Source: Massalongia carnosa (Eukaryota). From it: a DNA stretch of 64,000 nucleotides. Positions within the stretch are counted from its first letter, which is position 1; each line of letters starts with the position of its first letter. Below, in pieces: positions 24,704 to 38,054 of the stretch. The notes below the pieces were generated by a model, which saw only the letters and a program-made list of their open reading frames with translations, had not been told where the DNA came from and searched no databases. The stretch is from NCBI GenBank assembly GCA_965645245.1, contig OZ287073.1, forward strand, positions 1,550,001 through 1,614,000, given 5' to 3'. The position numbers and the translations under genes were made by a program.

Positions 24704-24722
24704 GTCGCTCTCGAAGACCGAC
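24679..24722 (+). other. Putative -1 ribosomal frameshift signal (gag-pol)
   Basis: G GAA AAC heptamer, 5-nt spacer, 9-bp stem GTCTTCGAG/CTCGAAGAC. The pol ORF is in the -1 frame relative to gag. Confidence 0.7.
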
Positions 24723-26836
24723 GGAAGGATTTCCTGTGTCAATTTCGGCTTTTTCCATATCAGAAGACTCGTTAGATGGTAGAAATTTCGTCGTATCCAT
24801 AGAACTCTCTGTAGAAAATCGCGTTTTGCACACACATGCTTTAATAGATTGCAGTGCTTCTGGCTATGCATTCATTGATTCGTCCTTCGCGCAAAGAAAT
24901 TCCCTGCCTCTCACCCACCTTGTCCGCCCTCGCGTTCTCGAAGTTGTGGACGGCCGACCAGCCGCGGCTGGTATGCTCACACACCTGGCCAAGTTGAAGA
25001 TGAACGTCAACGGGCATCACGAGCACGGCTCATTCCTTGTGACCCAGTTGGGTCACTATCCCGTAGTCCTGGGAGTCAAATGGCTCCAAAGTCACGATCC
25101 TTTCGTCAGCTGGTCTCGAAATACTCTGACCTTCTCGTCCTCGTATTGTGGTCTGGAGTGTTTAGAGAATAAACACGTACCTCTTGTTATTCCTGGCCTT
25201 TCTGATCTTTCGGAAGAGTCTCCTCCCCTAGAGTCTGCTTCCTCAGTGCGTCTTGACCCTCTTGAAATTCGTGAGAACAAGGTCTCTCACGCGAATCCTG
25301 AATTCTTGAAACCCACCGAGTTTATTGAACATATCGAGTTTATTGAACATCCCGAGACCATGATCCGAGTCCCGAGTTCACGTCTTGAACCCTCGAAAAT
25401 CACCAAGTTCATTGAACACTCTCAGCCTCCGAGTCTCGTCCCAGAACTAAAGAAGTCCAGCGCCTTGCCCATGAAAATCTGTATGATAGGAGCCGCGCCA
25501 TTTTCCACCCTGATGAAGGATCGAAAGAACGAAATCTTCACTGCGTCCTTGTACGAGATCGAGAAGCCATACAAGCCTTGAAAACCCCGAGCAACCTCAG
25601 CCTTGCAGCCGCATCTCTGGATGATGTGGCCAAATCCTTGAAACCTAAGAGATTCATCGATCCTGCTACCGTAGTACCCGAGGAATTTCATGATCTCCTG
25701 GACGTGTTCTCCAAACAAGAGGCCGATAAACTGCCTCCGCATCGTTCATACGATCACAAGATCGTGTTGATGGAGGGCGCAGTTCCTTCTTCGGACCTCT
25801 ATACAAGATGTCAGCCCCCGAGCTTTTAGTTTTGCAGAAATATCTCAAGGAAAACTTAGCCAAGGGATTCATTTGAGCCAGTTCCTCTCCTTGTCCCTCG
25901 CCGGTATTGTTCGCACGAAAGCCTTCAGGCGGGCTGCGATTCTGTGTCGATTACAGAGCCCTGAACGCGATCACCGTAAAGAATCGCTACCCAATACCCC
26001 TGATTCAGGAGACCCTCGATAGGCTCGCAAAAGCCGTTATATTCTCGAAATTTGATATTGTAGCGGCTTTCAATAAGCTGCGCATACAGAAGGGACAAGA
26101 ATGGATGACGGCCTTCAAAACAAGATATGGGCTTTTCGAGTATGATGTTCTTCCTTTCGGATTGTCTGGAGGTCCTGGATCCTTTTAGCATTACATTAAC
26201 GATGTACGCCGCGAATATTTAGACGCCTTTTGCACCGTGTACATCGATGACATCTTGATTTACAGTAAATCGAGAAAAGAACACAGGATCCACGTAAGAA
26301 AAGTTTTAACAGGTCTACGAGAAGCGGGATTGCAACTGGACATTGGGAAATGCGAGTTCTTCGTCACCGAGACAACATATTTGGGATTGATTATCTCCAA
26401 TAAAGGAATAAGAATGGATCCTCGCAAAGTTCAAACCATCAAGGACTGGATCACGCCCAAGAATGTTAAAGATATTCAAGCCTTTGTAGGATTCGCGAAC
26501 TTCTATCGCCGTTTCGTCAAAAACTTCTCCGCCATGGCCGCACCCCTGATAAAGCTGACTCGAAAGAGTGTGATCTTTTCTTGGAATCAGGAATGCGAGA
26601 CCGCATTTCAAAGATTAAAGGACGCGTTCATGAGCGACCTTGTTCTGATGCATTTTGATCCTGAGAAAAAGATCGTTGTAGAAGTTGACGCCTCGGATTG
26701 GGTAGTGGGGGGAGTACTCTCGCAACATGACGACGAAGGAATTCTAAGACCTGTGGCATTCTTCTCAAAGAAACACTCACCAGCGGAAGTAAATTATGAG
26801 ATTTATGATAAAGAGCTTATGGCTATCGTTCGTGCC

Positions 26837-27479
26837 CCACCACAGAACGCATCAAGGAACGCTGAGACTCCAAATGGAAGACGTACCAGAACCGCATTCC
26901 CCGCCCGACAGAGGCACAGTTGGGATCTCTCAGTAGGACAAGACTGAAGATTCACAACAACCTGATGAAAGCGGAAAGCGCGCTAACCACGCAAATCCGC
27001 ACCGAAAAAATAGGCTTGGCAAACTTCCTGTTCAATCGTTGGGTACCGGGCGTTATGACCCCGGCCTGCTCGTGCGGATGGCAGAAGCAGACAGCCAAAC
27101 ACATCATTCTATATTGCAGGCTAATCGACGGCAGATAAGAAGTGCTAAAACAAATAGGCACCAACGACTATCAAACGATCATGAGCTCGTCGAAAATGTT
27201 GAAAAAAATAACCACCTGGATAATAAAAGCAAATTTGCTGACCCAATTTTCACTAGCATCGCAACTGTTATATATGAGTGATAACTCTCATTTTGTCAAG
27301 GATTTCACAGAACATCGAGCGAAGAATGCAGTCCAGAAACGGAACACGTTTGGGATAATGGCGCAGTCTGCATGGTTTTTATCCCTTTAAAAGGTTTTCC
27401 CTGTAAGAATAAGTAGATAGCCCGCATGGGCCGGCCTTCGGCCGGTGTCAGATCGGTACAAGAATCAATCATCATCATC
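26837..27479 (+). mobile_element. 5'-truncated LINE (Tad1-like) inserted in the gypsy RNase H
   Basis: 12-bp TSD ATCGTTCGTGCC (26825-36, 27480-91). C-terminal CCHC knuckle TPACSCGWQKQTAKHIILYC, and an (ATC)n tail. Removing it restores [13 protein letters not shown]. Confidence 0.9.
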
Positions 27480-29161
27480 ATCGTTCGTGCCTTTGAGGAA
27501 TGGAGAGCTGAACTCGAAGGAGCCGCATTTCCAATACAAGTAATTTCCGATCATAAGAATCTGGAATATTTCATGACAACGAAGTAATTGAGTAGAATGC
27601 AAGCACGCTGGTCCGAATATCTTTCTCCTTTTGATTTTCAGATTGTGTACCGCCCAGGGAAGAGTGGCGGAAAGCCCGATGCCCTTACCAGAAGGTCTCA
27701 AGACCTACCTGAGGTGGGGGATGATCCACGAGTGAAGATCCAACATCAAACGGTCTTGAAACCTCGAAATCTTGAACTTCTAGCGAACGGATTAGCAAAG
27801 GACTTTTCGGAAGAGAACGATATTGAATCAGGTTCAGATCAAGAGGAAGTCAAGACCCTGGAAGAACTATGGCAGGAGGCTCTGAAAAATGATCCTTTCC
27901 CTGTCAAGATACTGAACCTGTTGCGGTCAGGAGCAAGGCACTCCAAGGATATCTCATTAGCGGAATGCACGGAAATCGACGGTCGATTACACTATCGGGA
28001 GAAAATGTTCGTTCCCGACTCTCATGCTTTGAAAATGAGGCTCTGCGAGTCTTTTCATGATAGTCCAGTGGCAGGTCACCCCGGCCGAGCCAAGACCTTT
28101 GATCTTTTACAGCGCCACTATTACTGGCCTCGATTTTATCAGTTCGTAGCGAAGTATGTACAGCACTGTCAAGTATGCGCACGAAGCAAATCATCTCGTC
28201 AACGGAAAATGGGAGTTCTCAGACCACTGCCCATTCCCGAGCGTCGCTGGCAAGATATCTCAATGGACTTTGTCACTGGACTGCCAGAAAGCAATGGATT
28301 CGACGCCACACTGGTCGTGATCGATCGTCTGTCGAAAAGACGTCACTTCTCTCCATGTCTCACCACAATCAATGCTCAAGAATTGGCTGAGCTCTTTCTT
28401 CGGGATATCTGGAAACTCCATGGACTACCAAGCACCATTGTATCAGATCGAGGAGTGCTTTTCGTGGCGGAGTTTTGGAAAAAGCTGTGTCAAGGGTTGG
28501 GAATCAAGAGTCTTCTGTCGACAGCCTTCCATCCAGAAACAGATGGGCAGACGGAGCGAGTAAATGCCTCCATGGAAAAATACCTTCGCAGTTACACGGA
28601 TTATCTTCAGGATGACTGGGCAAATTGGTTGCTCATGGCGGAATTTACAGGAAGCAATGTCGAGTCCGAAACGACTGGGTGCAGCCCTTTTCTTGCGGAG
28701 ATGGGATACCACCCGCGTATGGGCTTTGAATCAATGGAACCCTCCAGGTCCCCGGCCAGTTTGAACGCAGGGGAATTCGCCAAGAAAATGCAAGATATCA
28801 CGATCGTGCTGCAAGAGGAAATGAGATTCGCGCAAGCACGATACGAAGCAGGGGCCAACGAACATCGCGTGCCAGTACCGGTTTATCAAGTACATACGGA
28901 GTACTTCGTACTTCGAGGATGTACAAGGTACTCTGTACGGACGTCGCTAACCGCGACCACTTAGCATGAAGATGAAAGACTCAATCTTGGTGATAAGATA
29001 AAGACTTGCTGACTCATATGTAGATGCGCTAGGCTTGAGACGGATGGAGCTCAACACAAAAAGATAGGCACTGGACAGAATACTCTGTAAAGAGGAATCA
29101 AAAAATAACGCCAACCTCATCGACAGCTCAGTTCTTCATCAATCATCTGCTGAACGCCATC

Positions 29162-30471
29162 ATGGCTGACGTTCTGTGAGTAACGCCGTTACTCTCTCCG
29201 CCGAAATGTAGACTCATTTGCTCCAGGAAAGATGCTCCGCTGAAGGCGGTCCAAGTGGAAGCCCTGGTATAACTTCATGAAAGATTAAATGCATGAAATC
29301 TACGACTAAAAGCATACAACCTAGGTGGTCATGAAGGTTATTAAGCACTGCTCTCAGACATTCCCTACCACCGCGACCGGTTTCCTCGTTGGCATGGACT
29401 CGCTCTCCACCCTCCAAGTCACCAACTCCTTCCCTTTCCCTACCATTGATCTCCCCCCGTCAGACAGCCACCACGACAACAACCCCAACAACCAACAAAA
29501 CGCTGCCTCGAACCTCGCTGCCGCCGCCCCTCGCGCGAAGGCGAATGCTGCATATCAGGTCGAGATGATTAAGAAACTTCGCGAGGTTAACGTCGACGCC
29601 AACAACGTTGGCTGGTACACAAGCGCTAATCTGGGCAACTTTGTCAATCTTAACATGATTGAGAATCAGTACTACTACCAGAAGGAACTCAACGAACGTA
29701 CCGTCGCCCTGGTGCACGATCTCAGCCGCAGCTCCCAAGGAAGTTTAAGCCTACGCGCATACCGCCTCTCACCGGCTTTCATGGCCGCCTACAAAGAAGG
29801 CAAATTCACCGCTGAAAGGTAAATCCCTTTGCAAGTTCTCTGCGCTGATTTCGAACCACCATTCAACAAATTTAACCTTCTCTCACAGCCTCCAAAAATC
29901 AAACCTCCACTACCATGACATCCTCCAAGAACTCCCCCTTCAGATTCACAACTCCCATCTCTTAACCTCCTACCTGCACACCCTCCCCCCAAGTACCGCC
30001 TCATCTTCCACTTATCCCCCTCAAACCTATCCCCCGTCTCTAAAAACTCTCACCGCTCACCCTTCCCCCCTTTCCCCCAACCTCGCGTCCCTAACTCTCA
30101 GTATCGACCCCCTCCTCGCCCAAACCGCCGACCTTCTGCTCGATAGCATCGAAGCTCACCACACGGAGCTGAACAATCACCAATACTACCACCGCCAGCT
30201 CGCGCGTGAACAGGCCAAAATTACCACCTGGCAGCAGAAGCGCAAGGCTGAGAATGTCTCGCGCGCGCTGGCGAAACAGCCGCCTCTGCCCGAAGACGAG
30301 TGGACCCGCTTGTTCAAGTTACCGACAGAACCGAACCGGCTCGAGGTGCTGCTGAACAGCCGGCAGGTCGATCAGTACGCGCGGCAGGTTGATGGCTTTT
30401 CGGCCGGGGTGACGGCCAAGATGTTCGCTATGCGGAGCACCCTGGTGCCGATGGGCAAGGGGGAGTTTTAG
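29162..30471 (+). CDS. eIF3h: Translation initiation factor 3 subunit H (multi-exon)
   Basis: [52 protein letters not shown] motifs. Confidence 0.93.
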
Positions 30472-30772
30472 ATGGGGGGTTTGAAGGGCTAAGTGGGTGC
30501 CGGGAGAAAGTGTGTAAGATGAAAAAGCGTCCGAGCAAAGGTCCAGAGCCGAGCACAGTTCGAAAGCATCCATTTCCTATCCGTCTGTCATTTGCTCATT
30601 CCACATTACACCCTTTCCACAAATAAACCAAAGGAAGAAGCCAATAACCATATTTCCACTCGTTCATTCAAAATCCCTTGAGAATCAAGACGGTACTGAA
30701 AAAAAAAACTCGTCCGCCTCTCTCCCTCCCTAGGTACTTACTCTCCTGCTTTTTTTTTTCTTTCACTCCCTA

Positions 30773-30803
<31 letters not shown>

Positions 30804-31334
30804 AACCAAACCTATTAACCGCCTCTTGCCGGCCCATTCCTTCCTTACCTTTCACCGTTACCTTTTGCCAGCCTCCCCCCCACATCCCCTTTTAGTTAAG
30901 CCATATACATAGGTACATAGGTAACATAGATACGAGTATATGGGTAACTAAAGCTGCCTTACCTCGCTTCCATATACCTTCCCTACCCATTCACCTAGCC
31001 ATGCAGCCATGTTGGGAGAGATACATACCCCATGTCTCCATAAACCCCCCCAGGGCTGAAGACGGGGTTTCCATCCTACTTTGTTGAAGAATTTACCGTT
31101 CTCATAAAAGGGGAGTTTTGTGGGGGGGGGGGGAAACAGGTGAGTTCTTGAAAATTGGAAGTTTCGAAATGCCATGTATGGGAAACGGACAGAAAATACC
31201 GGCTCGGGATGCACTAACGCCATCTAACCAGCTCCCTGCATATTTTGGTTTTAAATAACAAAAGCCGACATGGTCCCGAAACAGCCTCTCATCGGGCGAA
31301 CTGAAGACCCCTTCCCCCCCAAAACAACCTTGCA

Positions 31335-34300
31335 TCAGCTTCGACTCGTCGACCCAACCCCTCCTCCCCCTCCATTCCATTCCACCCCTTCCTGCCCCAT
31401 CGTCGAGCCGTCCCACATCATGCCGTTCATCATATGGACCCACCCGCTATCAACCCCCCCAGGGCTGAACTCAGCCAGCGGATCTGGCGTATCGCCCGAA
31501 GAACCCAGCTGCCAGCCCTGCGGGACCGTGAAGCTATCTCCGCTTTCATGATTGTTGTTGTTATTGTTTTCATTGCTATTGCTCGTGGCAGGATTGGCGC
31601 GGCAGGCGGGCGTCGTCGAGGGCGGGAAGCCAATCTCGTCGGTCGGGATAAAGGAAAAGAACGCTGGGGAGGCGGGTTTGGCCGTGGGTCCAGGGTTACT
31701 GGAAGCGTGTCGGGAATTGGAGGCATGGCTTGTATTGGCGTTCGGGTCAAGATCGTCCATTTGTGGGGGGGAAAAGGATGTATGAGATGAAGGCGTGGGA
31801 TGCGATGATCTCTGCTCGTCGCTAGTATTATCCGACATGCTCATATCAAACATAATGGTTAGGTCCACGGTATTAGGGAGGAGTGTGCCCTGGGCGTTGA
31901 GGTTCCAGCCATCGCCGTTGGGAAGGAGTTGGTCGAGGTTAGTGGTATCGCCTTTGGACGATTGGTCCCAGTATTGCGGAGCTTGCCGCTGCTCCCGGGT
32001 GGCAAGATTCATGTTCTGGAGCGAAAACTGAGCGCCAGCGTAGGGGATCCGATTCGCTGGCATTTCATTGCCCTCAGAGAAGACTCCGTGCAGCTTTTTA
32101 GCAAATTTGCTATCCGTACGCTGGGTGATTCGAGAATCTCGGATTTCGAGCAACGGCGAGCATTTCACGGTATCAAAATCAGCTGGGACGGTGCACTGGT
32201 AAATCTAGTAAGCATCTCTTGGTGATGTAGGAAAAGCTCAGCATACCACGCCTTTCATCATCGACGAAGAAAAATCTGCGTTTTGTAACAACGTATCCAA
32301 ATTACTTCCCTCGAGATCCAAGCCCAGCTGAATTAAGAAGGATTCTGAGAGCGGGTTTTTGATCTTCAGCGCATGCATCGAATTGAGCAAAAATTGCAGC
32401 GAGGCGCGGATTTCCTGGTCATGAGGGTTTTTCTTCTGGAATTTAACAAAAACGCGTGCTGCAACATATAAACAGAACGCTATGAACGGATTCATCTATC
32501 CCACGTCAGTCATTTGTACATCCCATTGTTGAGCTGGGTTGCATACTGAGGCGACATCGAGATGGCTAACAAGCCTCATAACTGTGGCAATCTCGCTAGC
32601 TGCGAGAAGACAGCGCGTCTGACTTTGCTCGACAAGACTGGACGGTAAATCGTTGTTTTCGGCTTTGAATATGGCAGACTGATGCAAGCAAATTGTCAAT
32701 GTATGTATGCTCATGTTGAGGAAGACGACGTTCGCGTTTCGAACTCCCATGGGTAATCTCAAATGAGAGGGTAGGGAGAGGGCTGTATTCAAAAGAGCAT
32801 TGTCCATGCTCCGGTGGCGTTTCCAGAATTCACCCTGCAGGTCATCCTCTCGCTCGTTGGGGCCGGGTCGATGAAGGTGGGTCAGATTCTTTCCAAAGTA
32901 GTATGCCATAAGCACCACTCCAGCTAATGGTGAGAGCGACGCTGCCTCTCTAGCAGTCATGGATCCCTTTAGAGACTGCGTTTCCTGGGGCATGCTTCTC
33001 TCGTAGGCCTCTTCGCTTGCCGGTAAATTGGTCATGATCTACAAGGCGATTAGACTAAGGCTTGCTGAATAGACCTCTTCAACACTCACATCCTTCTCAT
33101 CAATAGTCATTGGCCATCCAGTTCCTATGCTAGCATATCGATCAATGCAGTACGCCATCCAAAACGTTCTTCTTCGTTCTTCTCTATCGGTCCAATCTCG
33201 GGGTGAGGGGATGGTCTGTTTGACATCCAACCCAAGGCCGTCTAGCCTGTTCAATCCCATCATCTGACACAGTCGAACGGCCCTTCCAGCGCTCATCCAT
33301 GCGCGGGGGAAGTACATCATTTTGAACTCATAACTCGCCAGGATCGCCCAGCATTGGGCATGGCCGACCGAGACAAACGCCTCACCTTGTCCCTTCATCT
33401 CATCCGACTCGGCATATTTCCGTGCTCGTCGATAGAATATCTCTTGGTGATTATAGTACTTCTCGCTGACCGACGCCGCAGCACACCACATAGCATATCG
33501 AAGGCAGACCGGAGGACGCATATGGGGGGCAAGGTTCATGGACGCACGATACCGATACTTATGAATCATGGGCATTGATGTATGTATCTGCCTGAAATAG
33601 ACTTCATGTCTGAAATTCATCAGCACATCTGTCGCGCCGCGAGACATCAGGCAGACTCACAGCTCGTCGATTGCTTCTTGTGTTGGTAGGGGCTCCTCCA
33701 GGCCTAAGCCAATCATTTCCCACGATGGTGAATCAAATCCCACGTCAGTGTTTATGTTCACTGGCGGAGAAACATTGTTGTTGTCGCTTATCATTTCAAA
33801 GATTCCATCTATCGATCCGTGGAGGCTGGTACCGTGCGGCATCGAGTTGCCTAAGTCGAGAGGGGAAGATCGGCTGTTTGTCTCCGCAGGAGCACTTAAG
33901 AGATTCCTCGACTCATTTGACGTTGGCTTTTTGAGCGCCTTCGTCTTTAGTTGCGTCTCCACTTGGGCTAGAAAGGGGATGTATTCAGCATCTCTCCATC
34001 CAGCATTGAATGCTCGGACACCGTGACCCACCTAATCGCGCCTCCAGTTCCTTGACGTAACCTCTTTTGGGGCCACTCTTTCGTCGGACCTCATCATAGG
34101 CGCAGTTATGCTTCAGTCTTGCGCAGGTCGAGCAACTCGGTTTGTTTCCATCGCATTTGAGCTTTCGCTTCCTACAAATAATACATGCAATACGCTTTGG
34201 CTTTGGGGCACCTGGCTCTTCTCCATGCATCGCGTTCTCAGGTTGATCTGGTGGACTGGCTTCGTAGCTCGGTGCAGATTCTGGCTGCCTAGAGAGATCA

Positions 34301-34341
34301 TTGAAATACTCGTCAGGCGCGCTGGACTGATTTGATGACAT
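31335..34341 (-). CDS. Zn(II)2Cys6 transcription factor with fungal-specific TF middle domain (multi-exon)
   Basis: IACIICRKRKLKCDGNKPSCSTCARLKHNCAY; EERRRTFWMAYCIDRY; MNPFIAFCLYVAARVF. Confidence 0.93.
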
Positions 34342-34607
34342 TGGGAAATGTATGGGTAGAAACTTTATTGATGATCATTAGTGCGGACTGCCACCAGTAT
34401 ATCATCGAACCTGAAAAGCTAAATTTATGCTGTTGATGGATCAGTTATAGATGTTGGAGCAAGGCTCTTCCCTTAGGAACGCTGCGGAATTCTTAGTTAG
34501 AGGCTCAGTCAGAGACAGTCACGGGATCCTACATACATAATGCGCGGGATGGCAATTAATAATGCATTTCTCTAGCCTGAGCAAAATAGGTTAGCACTGT
34601 TACGGGT

Positions 34608-34837
34608 GACAAAAAAAAACTGCACACGCAAACTTTCTCACCCTCATCAAATCGAGTTTACTCTAATTTACACAAGGAGTTAGTTGTTCAAAAACGTGCT
34701 TAATTGAACTCTAATAGACCGGTGTAATATTTAGTCATTTTGTACTTGCGTTAATACGATTCAAAATCCGTTTGATAAAAGAATGACTACAAAATAGTGT
34801 GGAGAAAGTCTGTGTGCAGTTTTTTTTTTGTCATGTG
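34608..34837. mobile_element. ~230-bp MITE-like element upstream of the Zn2Cys6 gene
   Basis: GACAAAAAAAAACTGCACAC..ACTTTCTC is inverted as GAGAAAGT..GTGTGCAGTTTTTTTTTTGTC. CGGGT at 34603-07 and 34838-42. Confidence 0.7.
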
Positions 34838-37800
34838 CGGGTACATGGTACAGTGTATTGTACATACTCCGTACTCCGTTCATATTTCATAAGCCATCTT
34901 CGAAATCACCAGCCTTGACTTCTTGAGGATATACTCAGTACTCTGCGTAGACTACAGAGAGATGTTCGAGTTATCGAGCACAAAGTGTTATCAGAATCTG
35001 CTTCAAAATTTCTCAGTTATGTTCGCTACAGCTACAACTCGAGCTTGAGCGGGTTACTCTCCACACAAGCGGTAACCATATCATAATATCAAAATTATGT
35101 TATTTTCTTCCAGCAAGCACAAGAATTCATGGATCAAAGGATCGTTGTTGACGAGGCAACCCATGATCATCGTTCTTTCGTACAAAGGAGCTACCTTAGA
35201 TGGCTCATTTATCAGGATTCTGTATTTGCTAGTGCTCTCCAAAGGAATCCCTACAAGCACAGAACGTGGAGTTTTATCGTCGTTTCAGATGGTAAACTGC
35301 TTGTTGAACTTCTGCATTTATGTAGCAGCGAACATGATTCATGGGACACAGAAACATCCGAGCAAGCAAGCCGAGGAGTAACGGTTTGTTTCACTGCTGG
35401 TAACTACTCTTGTGGTTGATTCCTATTCAAGCATTCGCTTAAGGGGCGACCACGGGTAAATACTCCAAGGACTTTTATTGCGCTCATTGGGGAATGTTTA
35501 GCCAGTGCGGTCATCCCCAACATGAAATCAGAATCCTGGAGGTTTTACAAAAATCCACTATCGCATTATCTATAACTTATTGTGCGTGTTTTGATCCTTC
35601 ATCTTGCGGCCATCTGAACAGTTGTCGCCAATTCTATCGCGTTTGAGACATCCTTGGTTCGAACGATGCCGGGCAAACCAGCCTCGAATACGCTGCTCCA
35701 TCCGGATCTGGTCTCGCCGACTTTCAATTACCCCTAAGATTCTCCCGATAGATCCTTCGCCTCTGTCAATGTTCCAGACGAAGCCAAGCTACAAAGCTGG
35801 AATAAAAACCTGTACGCGTTAAATTCGACGGCACGCACAACGTTCGAATTCATTGGCTGTAGCATCAATGGCGTATGTTGCCACTATCCGGAGGACTCAT
35901 TTTTCCAGTCAAGTCTATTTTACTATAGCAGGTTGCTGTCGAATTGCACAAATCCTACGTACTTCTATGCTTGCGGTTAGATAAAAAACATCCTGTGCAT
36001 CGAGCAGAATGGTCAAATGTCCATGGTTTTTCGGATTATCCGCAGGTGGGCGTCGTCGAGAACTGTATTTCTAGTATCGCTTTTATCTCAAAGACCACTT
36101 CAGTTGTAAGGCAAAGACGGTCTAATGCGCGAAAGAGGTTGCAAACGTGACTTCAACGGCTAGAGTGGTAGATGGAGATTCGAATTAAGAGTTTGATGTA
36201 GTAGACGAGACCATGTGAGAGGCGAACGATCAACGAAGGTCAGTTGAAGGTTAAGCCTCAGTGGACATTGCAGCAGTCATCAGTTTCCTCCAATATCGGC
36301 GTACATATATATCCCTGATATCTGGCCGGAGCCAACTCGCCTTCCTACCATCCCCCTACTCAACCTCAACAAAGAAATCCCTCCCAATACCGCCATGAAT
36401 GGAAGGGATGGAAAGAGAAGGTTGCGCTATCACTGTCTCCTTTCTCATGCTATTAAAGGAGGTTTCGCCATTTCTTGCGCCAGAGCTAGGAGTTGGTAGG
36501 CAGGTTTTTAAATCAACCCACCTACCTACATCCATCCATCCATTCATCAGGGGTTTTCGGTGGGGTGGTCTGATTACCTAACTGCCACTTATTTTGGCGT
36601 TGCGCCTGTCATTCATTCATTATTCATAACCCCTACCTTCCCCCAGCTCAACTCCCCCTTCTGCATCTCGTCACCTCGGCAAGACATCTGCACGCATACA
36701 TACTCCAGGCCAGAGAAATCCCGCGAGGCAGGAAAATCAATGGCTTGGCAGAGATAATGAATGGGACTCCTCCAGGGCTAGTATGGAGGTAGGGGGATAA
36801 AGCGGCAAGAAACGAAACAAAACACAATGCAAATGAAAACAGAAAGGTAGATAAGATAGCTTAGGAAGCACTAAAGCCTCAACTCACCTTGACCAAACAT
36901 CTACATATATATCCATCAATAGCAAAAGAGATAGAAGAGGATGATACACACATATCCAGATATATACCTAAACCAGTCCAATCCACATCGCAGAACCTCA
37001 AAGCCTCTCTCTCGTCAATCGTCCGCCCTCATCGGGACGCGAGAGAGAGAGAGAGACACACACACACAGAAAAACGTGCGAAAAGGGACAGAATGAACCG
37101 AGTCTCTGACCAAGTCAAGCTTTACAGACTCAACCCCTCTATTCCGAACGCCACCCCGTTTCTCGATTTTTTTCTCCATGTCTTCCTATCTAGGTATATA
37201 GTTACTTACGCTAGGTAGGTACTCTGCAGGGTGTGTATACATATAAGCATACTCCTGTACAGGGAGATACGAGATGAACGGATGAATTCTCAAGCGGATT
37301 TTACATACAGCGGGGGAGGTTGAAGGAGGAAGGTAGGTATGTATGTGTGTGTGTGAGATGGGCTGTGATGGGGCTATGTGGAGAGCGGAGAGCGGAGAGC
37401 GGAGGAGAGCGGGGTTGAAGAATATGGACGAGGATGAGGATGAAGGATGAACGAGTATTGGGTTTGTAAGGATATCTAGCTACATAGTTAGATGATCGAG
37501 GAGCGTGTGCGTGCGGCTTCGAAAATTTAGTAGCTAGATGGATAAATAAACAGCAGCCGACGTCCACGCGTTCAAAGTCCTTTTGCTCCACCATCTCAAA
37601 CCCCGTCTCCCCCTTTGGCTTGGCAAAAATACCTGGAAACCCCGAGTAGGTACTCTACTTTGCCAAGCGTGCCGAGGCGGAACGGCTTGAGTGGACCGGG
37701 ATGGTTGTCCTGCTCCCACGGCTAATGGATGCCATGGCTGCGAGCGGGGTACGTAATGGACTTGTGGAGAAGCGGAAGTGCAAAGAGACAAGAGGGGGGC

Positions 37801-38054
37801 GTGTAGTGATATGTGGACTTCGGCTGTCAGGTGGGAAGTTCAAATAGGAAGCTGAAGTTGGGTGTCGTGAGGCAAGTTCCTCCTCTTGTGGTTTCGGGTC
37901 TTGAAGGGGATGTTTGGTGATCGAATTAAAACTGTGTTCCAGGTGCATTCGGTAATGTACAAGGCTTGGATGACCCAACTCGCCAAGCATATAAACCGAA
38001 CACATGTAGTAATAGAAGGAATACACCCGTTTATCAAGCTCTTCAGGCGGTTTG

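Larger units (their letters stand above)
21324..28890 (+). mobile_element. Ty3/gypsy LTR retrotransposon: 5' LTR split by a pogo, pol decayed, 3' end missing
   Basis: LTR starts TGTTACG (21324) and probably ends GTTACA (23411). Gag with CRYCGESGHFAANC, protease ALIDCSAS, RT YIDDILI, RNase H VEVDAS, integrase HDSPVAGHPG/ISMDFV/SDRG/TDGQTE. The integrase breaks off near 28890 with no 3' LTR. Confidence 0.93.

Noticed and set aside
35000..36250. Short ORFs with coding-like composition
   Set aside because: Could not be joined or assigned to any family.
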